64,000 nucleotides of DNA from Histomonas meleagridis 2922-C6/04-290x (taxonomy: Eukaryota > Protista > Parabasalia), in NCBI GenBank assembly GCA_020184695.1, contig JAANOX010000033.1:374676-438675 (forward strand). The letters run 5' to 3'. The notes below the pieces were generated by a model. It made no database searches. It was given only the letters and a program-made list of their open reading frames with translations, and was not told where the DNA came from. Of the stretch, positions 44,372 to 57,034 are shown piece after piece. Position 1 is the stretch's first letter, and each line of letters opens with the position of its first letter. Made by a program: the position numbers and the translations under genes.

Positions 44372-46279
44372 CTAAATCAAAACTTGATCTTGAATTTGTT
44401 CGTTATAATCATTATCATTATTGGTCTTTTGCTTCAAAGTCTTTATAACATAAATCACCAAAGCAACGAACATATAAATTGGTATAAATACGAATTCCGG
44501 ACTTGTTAATGTTGTTGCAATTCCATGAAATTCGTTGATAGAAACTAAATTTATTATAATACCCACAACAAACAATGCGCATATTATTGTATCTAAAATA
44601 AAAATAGGAGACAATACATGTGTTGCTTGGATCGCAGATGAGTATAATATCGCAGGGATAACTACAAATGTCAAATAAAACAAATTATGTCTCATTCCAT
44701 GGAACATAAACACATTCTTTCCAATAGAACATACACCCCATGTCCACATAATAGCAACTTTCCTATCAAGCGAAAAGAAATATGTTGGCATAAATAACGT
44801 CCATATGACCGATACAAAAAGTGCTATCTTGATGTAAAGTGGCGTTTTGCTGACGCGATATTTGACTTGAAGTAACCCGCCAACCGTCGCCATCAACCAA
44901 TGGCTATCAGATTTCTGCTCATGAATCCATTTGTCAAATGGCTCACAAACCTTTTCACTGTTGATCGGAAGAGTAATGATTAAGGTGATGATGAATAGAA
45001 TGAAATATAAAAAGACATATGCAACTGATGCAGGAATGGAATATCGTGTTTCAGTAAATTTGGGTATCGTTTGACCGACTGTAAATGATACACTGGCAGT
45101 GATTTTATGTTCAGTATTTGTAATTTCAAGATTATGATTTCCTTCTTTAACTTGAAGTGGACAAGAACATAACTGAACACCATCTTCAATGAATTTACAT
45201 GTTAAGCTTGCTGTTACAGCACCGGAAGCTTGAAGTTGAATTGTTTGATTTGTAAATAATAAGACTCGAACTTCTGTATTTTCTTCATTGAACACATCTA
45301 AGCTACTTGCTTGGCTTGTGGGTGGAGGGTTAGTTATAACAGCAAATATATCTTGTGATAGATCGATGTCATGATACACCGACCGTTTATTATCAAAAGT
45401 GACGATGCCGATATGTGTATACTTGAAAAGTGGCATTCCAACAATTTCGAGTGTGTCTCCATGGTGATAAATTTGTGGTCTACTTGGGTGCATATGGCCA
45501 GAGAGGAAATACCTTGCATTTGGTATATTTTGTAAAATTTCTGCTATGATATAATTAGACTTTGTTGAAATGTCGGGATAAAATCCATACACTGGATAAT
45601 GTGATGAAACAATAGTATAGTCTGCGTTAACATTCTTTAATTGTGTAACTAATGAACTACGAAGAGATGATGGTGGAAATGCCCAATCTTCAAGTTTCTC
45701 TGTGGGAGCTGGAAATTGTAATGGATTAAGCACAATGGCATTAAATGTAACTCCATCAATTTCAAAAACATATTTACAAATTTCATATGAACTGCTATTA
45801 TAAACGATGTCTTTTGCATAATTACGGTCTGAATCTATTGACGCAAGGTCAAAAACATCATGATTCCCAGCGGAATAAATTATTTTATCTGATGAGAGAT
45901 TGAGCTCATTGAGAAGATGTTTATATAATTCCCAATCTTCTTCAACCATAGTGGTATAGATAGGGACTGTGTAATTCCTCGAGCCATCAGTTACATCACC
46001 AGTTATGAAAATTTTTTTGGGTTTAATAACATTAAGAAGTTTTGACATTCTTGTGTAGATATTACCATAGCTATCTGAACGTGCATGGCTTAAATGTGGG
46101 TCTGTTACGTGGGCAATCCAAATTGGATTTTTGGTTGAATTCCACGTATAACCAGTTTTTGATACAAAATCCTTGGTTTTACCAACACTTTGGAAAGTGG
46201 CAGTAGAAATATAAATAAGAGACAAAACTATTAGCCATAAATACTGTGAGAGAACGTAAGGAAATTTTTTTAACTGCAT
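44372..46279 (-). CDS. TMEM62: TMEM62-like metallophosphoesterase with multi-TM C-terminus
   Basis: AHVTDPH, ITGDVTD, AGNHD, SSHYP and LSGHMH calcineurin-like motifs, plus about 5 C-terminal TMs. First ATG at 46279. Confidence 0.75.
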   Translation of the reverse strand: MQLKKFPYVLSQYLWLIVLSLIYISTATFQSVGKTKDFVSKTGYTWNSTKNPIWIAHVTDPHLSHARSDSYGNIYTRMSKLLNVIKPKKIFITGDVTDGSRNYTVPIYTTMVEEDWELYKHLLNELNLSSDKIIYSAGNHDVFDLASIDSDRNYAKDIVYNSSSYEICKYVFEIDGVTFNAIVLNPLQFPAPTEKLEDWAFPPSSLRSSLVTQLKNVNADYTIVSSHYPVYGFYPDISTKSNYIIAEILQNIPNARYFLSGHMHPSRPQIYHHGDTLEIVGMPLFKYTHIGIVTFDNKRSVYHDIDLSQDIFAVITNPPPTSQASSLDVFNEENTEVRVLLFTNQTIQLQASGAVTASLTCKFIEDGVQLCSCPLQVKEGNHNLEITNTEHKITASVSFTVGQTIPKFTETRYSIPASVAYVFLYFILFIITLIITLPINSEKVCEPFDKWIHEQKSDSHWLMATVGGLLQVKYRVSKTPLYIKIALFVSVIWTLFMPTYFFSLDRKVAIMWTWGVCSIGKNVFMFHGMRHNLFYLTFVVIPAILYSSAIQATHVLSPIFILDTIICALFVVGIIINLVSINEFHGIATTLTSPEFVFIPIYMFVALVIYVIKTLKQKTNNDNDYNEQIQDQVLI

Positions 46280-46671
46280 TTGTTCTCTTTGCAAAGAGAT
46301 TGAAAATATTTAATTTTTGAAAAGAAAACCGTTTTATAACCGCCATTAGTTTTTGGGAGTTTTTTACACAGCGCCATTCTTTGCCCGCTGGAATTATGTA
46401 AGATATGCTTTACCACAATCTAGGTATATATTTAAAAAAGCTTTTTTTGTAAAAAAATGTGTGAACTTTCACTAAAATTTTTTATGATCAAATATATTTG
46501 ATTCAAAGTAAAACCCACTCACAACTTTTTTCAATATGACATGAATCACTTGATAATCACTTGTTAAATTCAACCCAAAGCAAAAATGAGCTTCAGCAAT
46601 TGAGGTTTTAATGGGTTAACCGTTGGCACTTTCTGTGCTAATTTTAAACGTGCATTATTCGGTGTTGCTAA

Positions 46672-47565
46672 ATGTCGAGCGAATACAAGGGAAACGGTGC
46701 AATGAGCTTATCAAAGGTCCCATTGTCGGGCATCCAAAAAAAGACTATACCAAATCAAGGCACAGAATCTGATTTAAAAAATAAATTACATCGTGCTGAA
46801 GTCTTATGTGCAAAAAGGGAACATAAACTACAGGTTCTTATCAATAAAATCGAAGCACAGAAAGAGCATAATTCAAAACTTCAAAATCAAATTAATGAAA
46901 TGAAACAATTTCTTAAAGATTATGGACTGGAGTGGGCTGGAGGCCCAGCTCCTACATTTGGATATTTTCCAAATGGTCCCATTGATATGGACTTATTTAA
47001 CGAAAGGGTTAAAGATTTAAATCAAATGGCAGAAAGAGATATTTCACACAACTACTCACAAAATCAAGCGCCAAGTCACAAAGTCACTGTTATTTTTGAA
47101 AACGAAGGGTTTACTGTAAATAAAGGGCAGTTTCGTCCCTACATTGACAATGGAATGTTCATTCAAGACATCATGGATGGCTTTTTCCCAAGCGAATTTC
47201 AAAAGCAGTTTCCTAATGGTGTCATTTTGAAGGTCATTGATAATCGAAAAGAGGATATTTTCAAAGGTACATCTCGAAGATTAATTGAATCTGCAAAATC
47301 AAAAAGAGCAAACAAAGAACTTGGATCTGGTGACGGGAGAATAAAGGTTCAGTTTCCAGATGGAAGCAGCGTTGTGATAAAGACAGAGAAAACAAATTTA
47401 ATTCGTCAAATTAGAAGAATAATTAAGTTCAACTTCGATGTTGAAGAAAGTTTCGAACTATGTGCGCCGCCATCGACGAAAGTGCTAAATGATGATGATA
47501 ATATAGAGCTATGTAAGCTATATCCAAGAGGAATGTTATTTGTTACGTATGGAAATGAGAAATAA
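46672..47565 (+). CDS. UBXN11: UBXN11-like coiled-coil/SEP/UBX protein
   Basis: EMKQFLKDYGLEWAG, IQDIMDGFFPSEFQKQFPNGV and a C-terminal ubiquitin-like RIKVQFPDG domain. Confidence 0.7.
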   Translation: MSSEYKGNGAMSLSKVPLSGIQKKTIPNQGTESDLKNKLHRAEVLCAKREHKLQVLINKIEAQKEHNSKLQNQINEMKQFLKDYGLEWAGGPAPTFGYFPNGPIDMDLFNERVKDLNQMAERDISHNYSQNQAPSHKVTVIFENEGFTVNKGQFRPYIDNGMFIQDIMDGFFPSEFQKQFPNGVILKVIDNRKEDIFKGTSRRLIESAKSKRANKELGSGDGRIKVQFPDGSSVVIKTEKTNLIRQIRRIIKFNFDVEESFELCAPPSTKVLNDDDNIELCKLYPRGMLFVTYGNEK

Positions 47566-47818
47566 TTTATTTGTTTATAAATATTTATATTTGTATTATA
47601 TTTTTATCGAAATATTCAAAAACTTAAAAAGGTAAAACAGAACTTCATAAGAAACAAGTTAAAGAAGAAGTTAATCAAAATGAAAAGTACAAAAGGGAGA
47701 AACTGCAATTAAAGATTATATCGTTGCTAATTTCTTATCTCAAGGTTTATATTTTGATGTCGAAGATTTTATTGACATTGCATACTAAGCTTATCTCGAA
47801 AAATATACTAATGAAGAA

Positions 47819-48605
47819 ATGATCAAAAAAGATTTTCTAATTAGCAGAGGATTTATCAATGACTTCAAGAAACGAAATAGAATTTCATCGAAGAAACCTC
47901 ACGCGAAAAGAAGACCAACAATATCTGATGAAGAAAAAAATGAATTCATCCAAAAAATTCAGAAACTTTTATCAACAGTTGATAGATCTAGAGTGATTAA
48001 TTCCGATGAAACATGTTGGAAGAGTTTTCCTGGAGGAATTTTGACTTGGTCTGAAACAGGATCAGACAATGTTAAAGCCTATGTCAATGCTAACTCCAAA
48101 CAAAGTATCAGTGTAATGGCAAGTATAAAGGCTGATGATACAAAGCTACCTCTTTTCATTATTGCTAAGGGTACAACTGAGCGAAGTGAAATAAATATAG
48201 GAGATATTTCATATCACAATTCCACTAGATCAAGCAATGGTTAGACAACAGAATCAACATTTGAGCAATATTTAAAGTTTCTCCGAAACAATTTTAATGA
48301 CGACGAAAAGATATATTTGATTGTTGATCAATACATAGCTTATCAAACTCAAAAGATCCATGAGTGTGCTGATAATTTGAATATTGAATTATTATTCATC
48401 CCTGCAGGCTTAACTATTGAGTTACAGCCATTGGATCGATTGGTGTTTGGGAGCCTAAAAACAACAGCAAGAAGACTTATCAAAAAATCATATCAAAATG
48501 ATCCCAATACTAAATTCAACAAATAAACAGCAGTGCAATATTTACTAGCTGCTTGGGAACATTTAAGTGAGAACACAATTACTGAATCATGGGAAATTTA
48601 TGAAT
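47819..48605 (+). mobile_element. Degenerate pogo/Tigger-like (DDE_1) transposase
   Basis: SRGFINDFKKRN (CENP-B HTH tail), VINSDETCW, KLPLFIIAKG and LFIPAGLT.ELQPLD; internal stops. Confidence 0.85.
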
Positions 48606-49288
48606 AAATGATTATTTCATTATATTTTTAATTACATAAAACGTCAAATGTTTAGACTTGAATAGAGCTACTTTTTTAGTTTAATTTGATTATATGTAGC
48701 GAAATTTTTGATGGATCATTGAAATTATATAATAAAGGAATAAGATTCATGTAGAGAGAACTAGAGTTGGGAGTATTTCATATGCATTGACCAAAGCTCT
48801 TGTATATCATGAGCATCATGGAAATGGAGTCCCTTGTGTCTGATCGAAAACGGTTTTATTCTCAAATTCCAGTGGCAAAAATTTGAATACGACGAATTGG
48901 AGCGACTCCAGGGTATTTCATTTAAAAAATAATTGAAATTCCGAATTTATTGATCTTCTCGAATTTCTCATAACATCGAAGTATCTTTATTATAGTTGAA
49001 TATTGTAATTCATTTATAATCAAATAATATAAAAGTTATATTGGAATTGTTTTAATATCAAATTCTACACCATTAAGGATTATAGAATTGTACTGCTTGA
49101 TAGCTATCGTTTCATAAACGGTTTTTTGTAATTTGATATGTTTTTTATAAGAAAAATGAGCAAGACAATGTTTTTTATATTTAATTGCTCATCCATGATT
49201 TATTAAACATTTTAGACACAATTAATTCTATGTTAGATGAAATTTGCGAATTTTTGTTGAAATTGCAAAAATCGATTTAGAAAAAATA

Positions 49289-52247
49289 CAGTACCTGACA
49301 CGAAAATCCGTACAACGGCCGGAAATTACAGTTCAAAAAATAACCGTTGTTCATAGTAAACGGCCGCGAGCCGAAAAAATTGTTTATTAGCCCGAAATTT
49401 ATGTCCACTTCAATTAGAAAATAAAAACTTATAATTTTACCCTATTCATTTCTATGAATTAATGTTATTCATTGTTATATTGAGTCTTTAGAAAAGATAA
49501 TTTTAAAAAATTCACTATTTTGATGCTTTTCCAATTCTATTTGCTAAAAATGGGGTGGTTAGGTTAAGCTTTTTGAATAGTTTATATAAAAATGGATAAA
49601 TGATGCTTTTACTCAATAAAATTATTCCTAATGAAAATCAAGTGATTTTGCTATATATATATAGAGGAGGAATGAAATATGATTGACGAAAGTTAATACA
49701 AGTAAATAATCTATAATGAAATATAATTAAAGATAGTAGTTAGCTGGCCTCAAATAGTAAGATAATAAATAAAATATTTTCTATCCCCTGTATGTTACTT
49801 GTTATATTAGGTGGTGCATGCACCCATGGTCTACGCCATGGGTGAAAAAATAATTTAGCATTGTAACTGAATATAATTTATTTTTTATTTCAGAATAAAC
49901 AAAATTAAGTTATGTGTTGGCATATTTCGATCAAGGAACGCATAACATTTAAAAAAATGAGAAAAAAAAAATACATGTAACATTCACTAGAATATAAACA
50001 GATAATATGTATTGAAAAAGTCATCTTGTGTGACTCAGGAAAATGACTTTATCAATAATCAAAATATGCTTACACATTTTTATATAATTTTTAAGTACTT
50101 CATTTTTTTTCGAAAAATAAACAAATACCCTATAACTGCCCTCGCACTCATGATAATTAAGCAAACTTCGAAAATAACACATATATGGAATTAAAAAAAA
50201 TTCATTTAGAATAATTTATTATTCATCATTCAAATTTTTCTTTCAACCTATGAGTAACCACTTTGTTTTCTATGGACGAAAGCAGACTTTCATTGCATTC
50301 TATACTATTAGATGTGATTGGTTGACCATTTTTGCACATTTCAAGAATAGGCATTTAGCGTAAAATCTTTTTGATTTTTTGGCCGTGAATTTGATTTCTG
50401 CTTTCGCCCATCGATTTCTGATTTCATTTTCCAGTGTATCATCAAAAATGAAAGCTGTAGAATCAAAGTTTGCCATTTCCGTTTTTTGGAAGCCAAAATA
50501 TGCTTCAACGACCTCATTCAAATGGCTATATGGTACGGTTGGGATTTTCTCTGATTTTCATATCTTTAATTGCCCTTTGAGTTTCGGATGTCTTATGGAT
50601 CTTACAGTTATCGTGAATTAAGCAAATCTTATTACTACCTGAGCATACTGCCCTTCTAATAAGATCTGTTACTTCACGGATAAATACAGCATAATCGTTT
50701 CCATTTATGCTTCCTCTGAATTACTTGCTTATGACACCGAACCCTAAAATGACACAGGAGAGAATTGAGAGTTTATGTTGTGCAAGGATTCCTTCTACAG
50801 CAGGAACTACTCCAATTAATGCTCTACCTTTAATTGTATTTGGTAACAATGTTACAGCAGCCTCATCCACGAACATAAATAAAACATTTGATAATTGTGC
50901 AATTTCCAAAACTATACTTGCCCAAAAAGCTCTTAGTATCATGAGTCCTATTGTATTTCTGGCCGGAGGGCAAAATTTGATTGATTTAGCACGGAAATGC
51001 AATGTGATATCAATCGATATACAGATCTAACTGAAATGCCACTACCTTTTTCGAATATACCTGATCTAAGGTTGAGATATTCTGTTCTTTGAATCCAGTC
51101 CATTGAGGATAATCCATAAGTGTTGTTTGATGTATTTTCAAGGTGATCATCATATCTAATAATCTCGTTAAAAATAAGTTGAATACAAAAAACGGCTTGC
51201 ATCAAAGATATAATAAAACAGTAATTGCCTTGGTTTGCATAATTTTTGACTAAAAAAATAAATGAATCATCATATTCGGTTTGATTAATGCGTTCCAAAA
51301 ATCTGAGAATTTCGATTGAAGAATTCATCAAAAAAAGTGATTAAAGCTATCATGTCACTTCTTAAATACAATAACTTACTTCTCTCTATTTATATTTATA
51401 TTTATATTTATATTTATATTTATATTTATATTTATATTTATATTTATATTTATATTTATATTTATATTTATATTTATATTTATATTTATATTTATATTTA
51501 TATTTATATTTATATTTATATTTATATTTATATTTATATTTATATTTATATTTATATTTATATTTATATTTATATTTATATTTATATTTATATTTATATT
51601 TATATTTATATTTATATTTATATTTATATTTATATTTATATTTATATTTATATTTATATTTATATTTTATATTTATATTTATATTTATATTTATATTTAT
51701 ATTTATATTTATATTTATATTTATATTTATATTTATATTTATATTTATATTTATATTTATATTTATATTTATATTTATATTTATATTTATATTTATATTT
51801 ATATTTATATTTATATTTATATTTATATTTATATTTATATTTATATTTATATTTATATTTATATTTATATTTATATTTATATTTATATTTATATTTATAT
51901 TTATATTTATATTTATATTTATATTTATATTTATATTTATATTTATATTTATATTTATATTTATATTTATATTTATATTTGACAAAATTCGTTTTAATTA
52001 TTATATTTATTCGAATAAATATAGTAAAATTAAGATTTTTTGTTTCCTAATTTAAGTAAACAGAAATATACGGCCAACGGACCATTTTTTCGCCTCTCGG
52101 CCGTTTACTTCGAATACCGATCATTACGTGTACAGAAATTTCCGGCCGATGGACATTTTTTTCGGCTTGCAGCGGTTATTCATATATGACGGTTATTTTT
52201 TGGACAGAAATTTCCGGCCGATGGACACATTTTGGTATCCGGTACTG
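49289..52247 (-). mobile_element. 2.96-kb IS630/Tc1-type element with ~90-bp imperfect TIRs and TA target duplication
   Basis: TA|CAGTACC..(49289) and ..GGTACTG|TA (52247); the reverse complement of 49289-49378 aligns with 52155-52247. Internal minus-strand transposase fragments: wHTH GISVRSVYRLI, FMFVDEAAV, IHDNCKIHK and PYS.LN.VE. Confidence 0.8.
51387..51980. repeat. (ATTTAT)n hexamer microsatellite, ~99 units, one phase slip near 51666
   Basis: Read directly; it produces the IY/LY/IN/KY artefact ORFs. Confidence 0.97.
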
Positions 52248-53149
52248 TATGCTTAATGTAATTTATTCGAAAATAAATATTAGTTTTTAATTATTAGATT
52301 TCAATATATTCTTATCCACGATGATGATAAAAACTTTTGATCATTTCTGGTGGGAATTCATTACATGCTTCATAAAATGCTTATTTTTTTTTTCAGTCGT
52401 TGATGTATCCTTTTTTATCAGGCGTGCTTTTAAAACGTCAAAAAAAAAGATTATCGCAAACTGATGAAAACTTAGAACTTTGTGGATAGAAGAAGAAGCA
52501 CTTCGCATGTTTTTTTTTCCAATTCGTTCTGGATCTGATACTGGTTGATGATTGGCTTCTTGTTCCTTTGCATCCTGTAGCAATTGGTCTCTTTCATCTG
52601 GAATTAGTAGTGATTCTCTCTAAGGGTGAAATTGTCTTTCTTTTTGTGCATTTGACGACATATCTTTATTGATTAGTTTGTGCATTGTCGAACGTAATAT
52701 CGGCGAAACATTTGAAATATCATCTAATATCATACCACTTTCGAGAGCAAGTAATGCTTGGTATTGTATTGATTCTGGCTTCAGATGCTATGGATTAATC
52801 CGGATATTCATTGATTTGGCGCCAAAAATACAAATTTTGAATGACTATTCATTTTCTCATTCGAATATTCGATATGTATTAATGAATTTTACATTCCCAA
52901 ATTTTATACACTATTTCAGATGCACATCAAATGTACTCATACTTGTGAAACTTATACATTAAATTTTATCCTAATACTGCTGTGGAATAACAGAAATAAG
53001 TTGTTTTTCTAAATTGAACCAAAAAATTCGGCAACACGATAGGGACGATAGATTCAAAAAATAGAATTTTAATATGGTTTATTTTTAGATTGAAAAGAGA
53101 TTTTGCTGTCGAATTTTTTGTAAAAATCTCATTTTTATTTTTTTTTTGT

Positions 53150-53640
53150 TTATTTAATATTTAGAAGCGAATCAATCCTATCTTCATAAAACCCGGATAA
53201 GTTATGTCTAACATGAGAGTACCATCTATTTTTGATTTGGGAAGAAGTTCTATTTATCATATTTTTTGATATTAGTTGCCAACAATGACCAACATCTCTA
53301 ACAAGTATAAATATTAGTCTATCCTCATATTCTTCCCATGGGAAATTATTTTTTATGCCTTGAGAACAAAAGTTTGGTTCACTGTTTAATAATCTAGGAA
53401 TTGAATTTCCATTATTTTCTAAACACTTGTTCAGTCTTTCCTCAAAGCTTTTACAGAGCTTGTCAATTGTTTCTTGAGAAAAAGAATCCCAAATCTTGAT
53501 TACTAAGTTTTTAAGATCTTCCTTTGTTTTTGGATTTTCTAGTGCTATTCTTTTTTTCATCGAACCCCATAGCATTTCTATGAGGTTTAAATCAGGAGAA
53601 TTACTTGGTCAATCATGAACAAAATGAAATTGAATGACAA
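53150..53640 (-). mobile_element. Tc1-type transposase C-terminus fused to a Myb/SANT domain (5'-truncated)
   Basis: HD*PSNSPDLNLIEMLW..IW..L..SF..RL..C..NG, then in the same frame W-x18-W-x18-W (WEEYED..GHCW..NRTSSQIKNRW). Confidence 0.8.
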
Positions 53641-53785
53641 AATGATCAAATTGGAATTGAATCGCAAAATGATCGAATTTTCTGTGTTTTTTGATCGTTT
53701 TATTGTTGTCGAATTTCTTGGTTCAGTTTATATTAAATTTGAATACAAAAAAATCGTTATTATGCATTTTCTATGTTTTGCGTGA

Positions 53786-56018
53786 GGGGATGCCGAGCGT
53801 GGCTTCCCCAATCCAGAGAAACCTCTCAATTTTTCAATTAATTCAATTTTCAATTAATTCAATTTTCAATAAACGATAACTATGAATTTTGAATGTATCT
53901 GAAATTTCTTAATGTTATGACAAGATAAATTGAATGAATTCATTTTTCAATCAACGGTACCTATCGTTTTATTCTTGAATCATTTGTATTTTGTTTTAAA
54001 ATGTGACTTTATTCATAATAAGCATGATATACACGTTAGCAACATACTAACAATGAAATAACATTTATATACATGAAATATATGATATGCACACATGAAA
54101 TATATGATGTGTACACATGAATTATATGATATGCACACATGAAATATTTGATATGCTCACATGAAATAATCAACATCTTAAAGACATAAATATTATTATA
54201 CATATAAAATATTAATATCAAATCCATATCATTACAATTATTTATCATTTAGATGATATTTGACTATGTGATTTTTATTAATATAAATTTCTCATGAAAG
54301 TAAGTAAATCACTTTTGTGATTATAGCGGTAGCAAAATTCATAAATGTAATCTTCTAAATAATTACGATCTTTGTACTTATGAATTATCTTACATTGCTT
54401 TACAGCACTCCACATTGATTCAATCCTTTGAGTATGAACTTTGGTAATTGGATCAACAAAATTCTTATAATGATTTACAGTGAAATGGAAATATCCTTTT
54501 CTTTGTAAATCAATATAACCTCCCCATTGATCAGAAATCACTGTCGAGCCTACGTTTACCCATTGTTTTATACATCTTTCTAGATTTTGTATATCTCTTT
54601 CAGGAACAATGGTAAAGTAGCATTTATATTTTTTAATGACTTCGCATGCTTTAAAAACCCATATTGGCGAAACTTTCCTCCCTTTGTTATCTATTCTTTT
54701 GGTGGAAAGAGATTCATCAACTTGAACAATTGAGCCAAAGGGGAAATTACTCATTTCATAAATGGTTTTTAGTACTGCTTGTTCTCTGGACTTCTGATGA
54801 TAATGCGAACATGCATCATCACTAATCCCTATTATCGATGCAGCTATATGAATTGGATAATCCATACAGAAGCATGCATAAACAAGGAAGAACTCATTGT
54901 CATTAATTTTTCCATTGTTTTTGGGGGAGAGAATGCCAAATAGAAAGATGACAAACGCATTTTCGATTCCGACATCGGTAGAATCTTTCATGTGGATAAA
55001 ATGTCATAAAACTGTTACATTTTGGGCACATTCTGAGCATATTTGGATTTTGAACAATACCATAGAGGATGGCGATTTCAATAGCAGGGACATTATTGTG
55101 AATAAGTCGCAATATTTCGTTGGAGTCCAAGCTTCCGAAATGAATATTCATCAATGATAAAATGATATCAAACTTTATACGTTAAACGCACAATAAAGTA
55201 TCTAACAATTTCTTTCAATATTTCTACTTTAAATTCGGAAAGAGACGTTAACATACAAATATTTGCAAATGCATGACGTTTAGACACAATTTTTGAGATA
55301 ATTATCTAGTTTCAGAAATTCAACAGATAAACCAATTTTGATACATAGTTTATTCTTTCAAGTTATAAACATAGTAAATATATCATATTTTACTAATAGA
55401 TTAAAATATATCAAAATCAGAGTATGTTATTTATCTTATAGCTACAAAACAGAGATTCGAAATAAATAATTAAATGTGACGGTTACTCACAAATAATTGA
55501 ATGATTCTGATCGAAAAATATAGCATGCCATTGAGTGAATTTAATTCGAATTCAATTAATTCAATGATTGATATGCACATTTTCATTATGTTTTTATTCC
55601 ATCATATTACCTGTATGAATATGATATAAATTATTGTTAATATGTGCATATCATATATTTCATGTGTGCATATCATATAATTCATGTGTACACATCATAT
55701 ATTTCATGTGTGCATATCATATATTTCATGTATATAAATGTTATTTCATTGTTAGTATGTTGCTAACGTGTATATCATGCTTATTATGAATAAAGTCACA
55801 TTTTAAAACAAAATACAAATGATTCAAAAGAATAAAACGATAGGTACCGTTGATTGAAAAATGAATTCATTCAATTTATCTTGTCATAACATTAAGAAAT
55901 TTCAGATACATTCAAAATTCATAGTTATCGTTTATTGAAAATTGAATTAATTGAAAATTGAATTAATTGAAAAATTGAGAGGTTTCTCTGGATTGGGGAA
56001 GCCACGCTCGGCATCCCC
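53786..56018 (-). mobile_element. Merlin/IS1595 (ISXO2-like) transposon, 2233 bp, ~370-bp TIRs, 8-bp TSD
   Basis: TTGCGTGA on both sides (53778-53785 and 56019-56026); ends GGGGATGCC..GGCATCCCC. Internal zinc ribbon CPKC..YRCRNRKC and VQVDES, VISDQWGGY, HFTVNH and HTQRIESMW; one frameshift near 54930. Confidence 0.92.
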
Positions 56019-57034
56019 TTGCGTGATTGTTTATGTATACAATTAGTACATTCAAAAAGTGAGTTTTTCCGTAAAAACTTTTCTCTTGGAATTTCCCTAA
56101 TGTATTATATTAGAATGTACGTTAACATACACTCAAAAATATCTCAATATCATTCACAATGAAGGCATTATTGGACAATTTTCCTCAGATAACTTCAGTA
56201 CAACCTGCAATGAAACCTCATCCAAATGCTTGTGCAAAACGAATATTTGGTTTAAGGTTATTCAAAGATGCAAGTTTCATTTCTGTTCCCATTATTCGTC
56301 GAAGTGACAATGCAAAAATTCATACTGAATTCTCTTACTGCTGGAAATGCAAAAAGTGGCTAAAAATATTATTTTGTGCACAGTCATTTAAGATGCGTTC
56401 ACTCAGAAGTTTTACAAGAATTACAGGTTAATCAAATTTCGCCATTTAATGAAAATCAATTCGATACGAACAAACGTTGATTGACTTCATAACATTTTCA
56501 ATATATTTAGAATTACATTTGAAGGTTTGATATCAGATAAATTTGGAACAAAACCTTGCATCAATCCAGCATTCAGAGAAATATATGTGAAAAAATCGAG
56601 ATAAATAAAGAATTCTTTATGAAACTATTAATTGTTCACCTGAAAATTATTGGGCACCTTATTTTGATCAAAACCGTACTGAATTAATAGTGGCATGCAG
56701 ATTAAACCCATCAACAATATGTATTTCATTGACCAATGATGAAATTTATGATGCTAGTTCATATTTGCTTAATGAAATTGGGAATAATTCTGAACAAACC
56801 AATCAACAAACAATGGCGTAGAAATGAAATTCCACGTGTACAACAAAATGAACTTATTTCATACATTAATTCTACTGTATGGTGGCGGACATGTCGGTTG
56901 AACAAAATTTGATAAAATTTAATTTTTAACGTATTGTTTTTGATGAGAAAAACAACAATGTCATTGTCAATTGAGCATATATGAGTTGATTCGCAATATA
57001 TACAATGATTTAGATAAAGACATGAACAAAACCA

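Noticed and set aside
2406-45519. Many short ORFs overlapping long genes (e.g. 2406, 3908, 5283, 7840, 10084, 20015, 24043, 25519, 28715, 38608, 44980)
   Set aside because: They are antisense or alternate-frame shadows with no recognisable motifs.
51316-52050. 244-aa IY/LY and 199-aa IN/KY ORFs
   Set aside because: They are translations of the (ATTTAT)n microsatellite.
52341-52962. Short ORFs between the TIR element and the Tc1-Myb relic
   Set aside because: No recognisable domain; cannot be assigned to either element.
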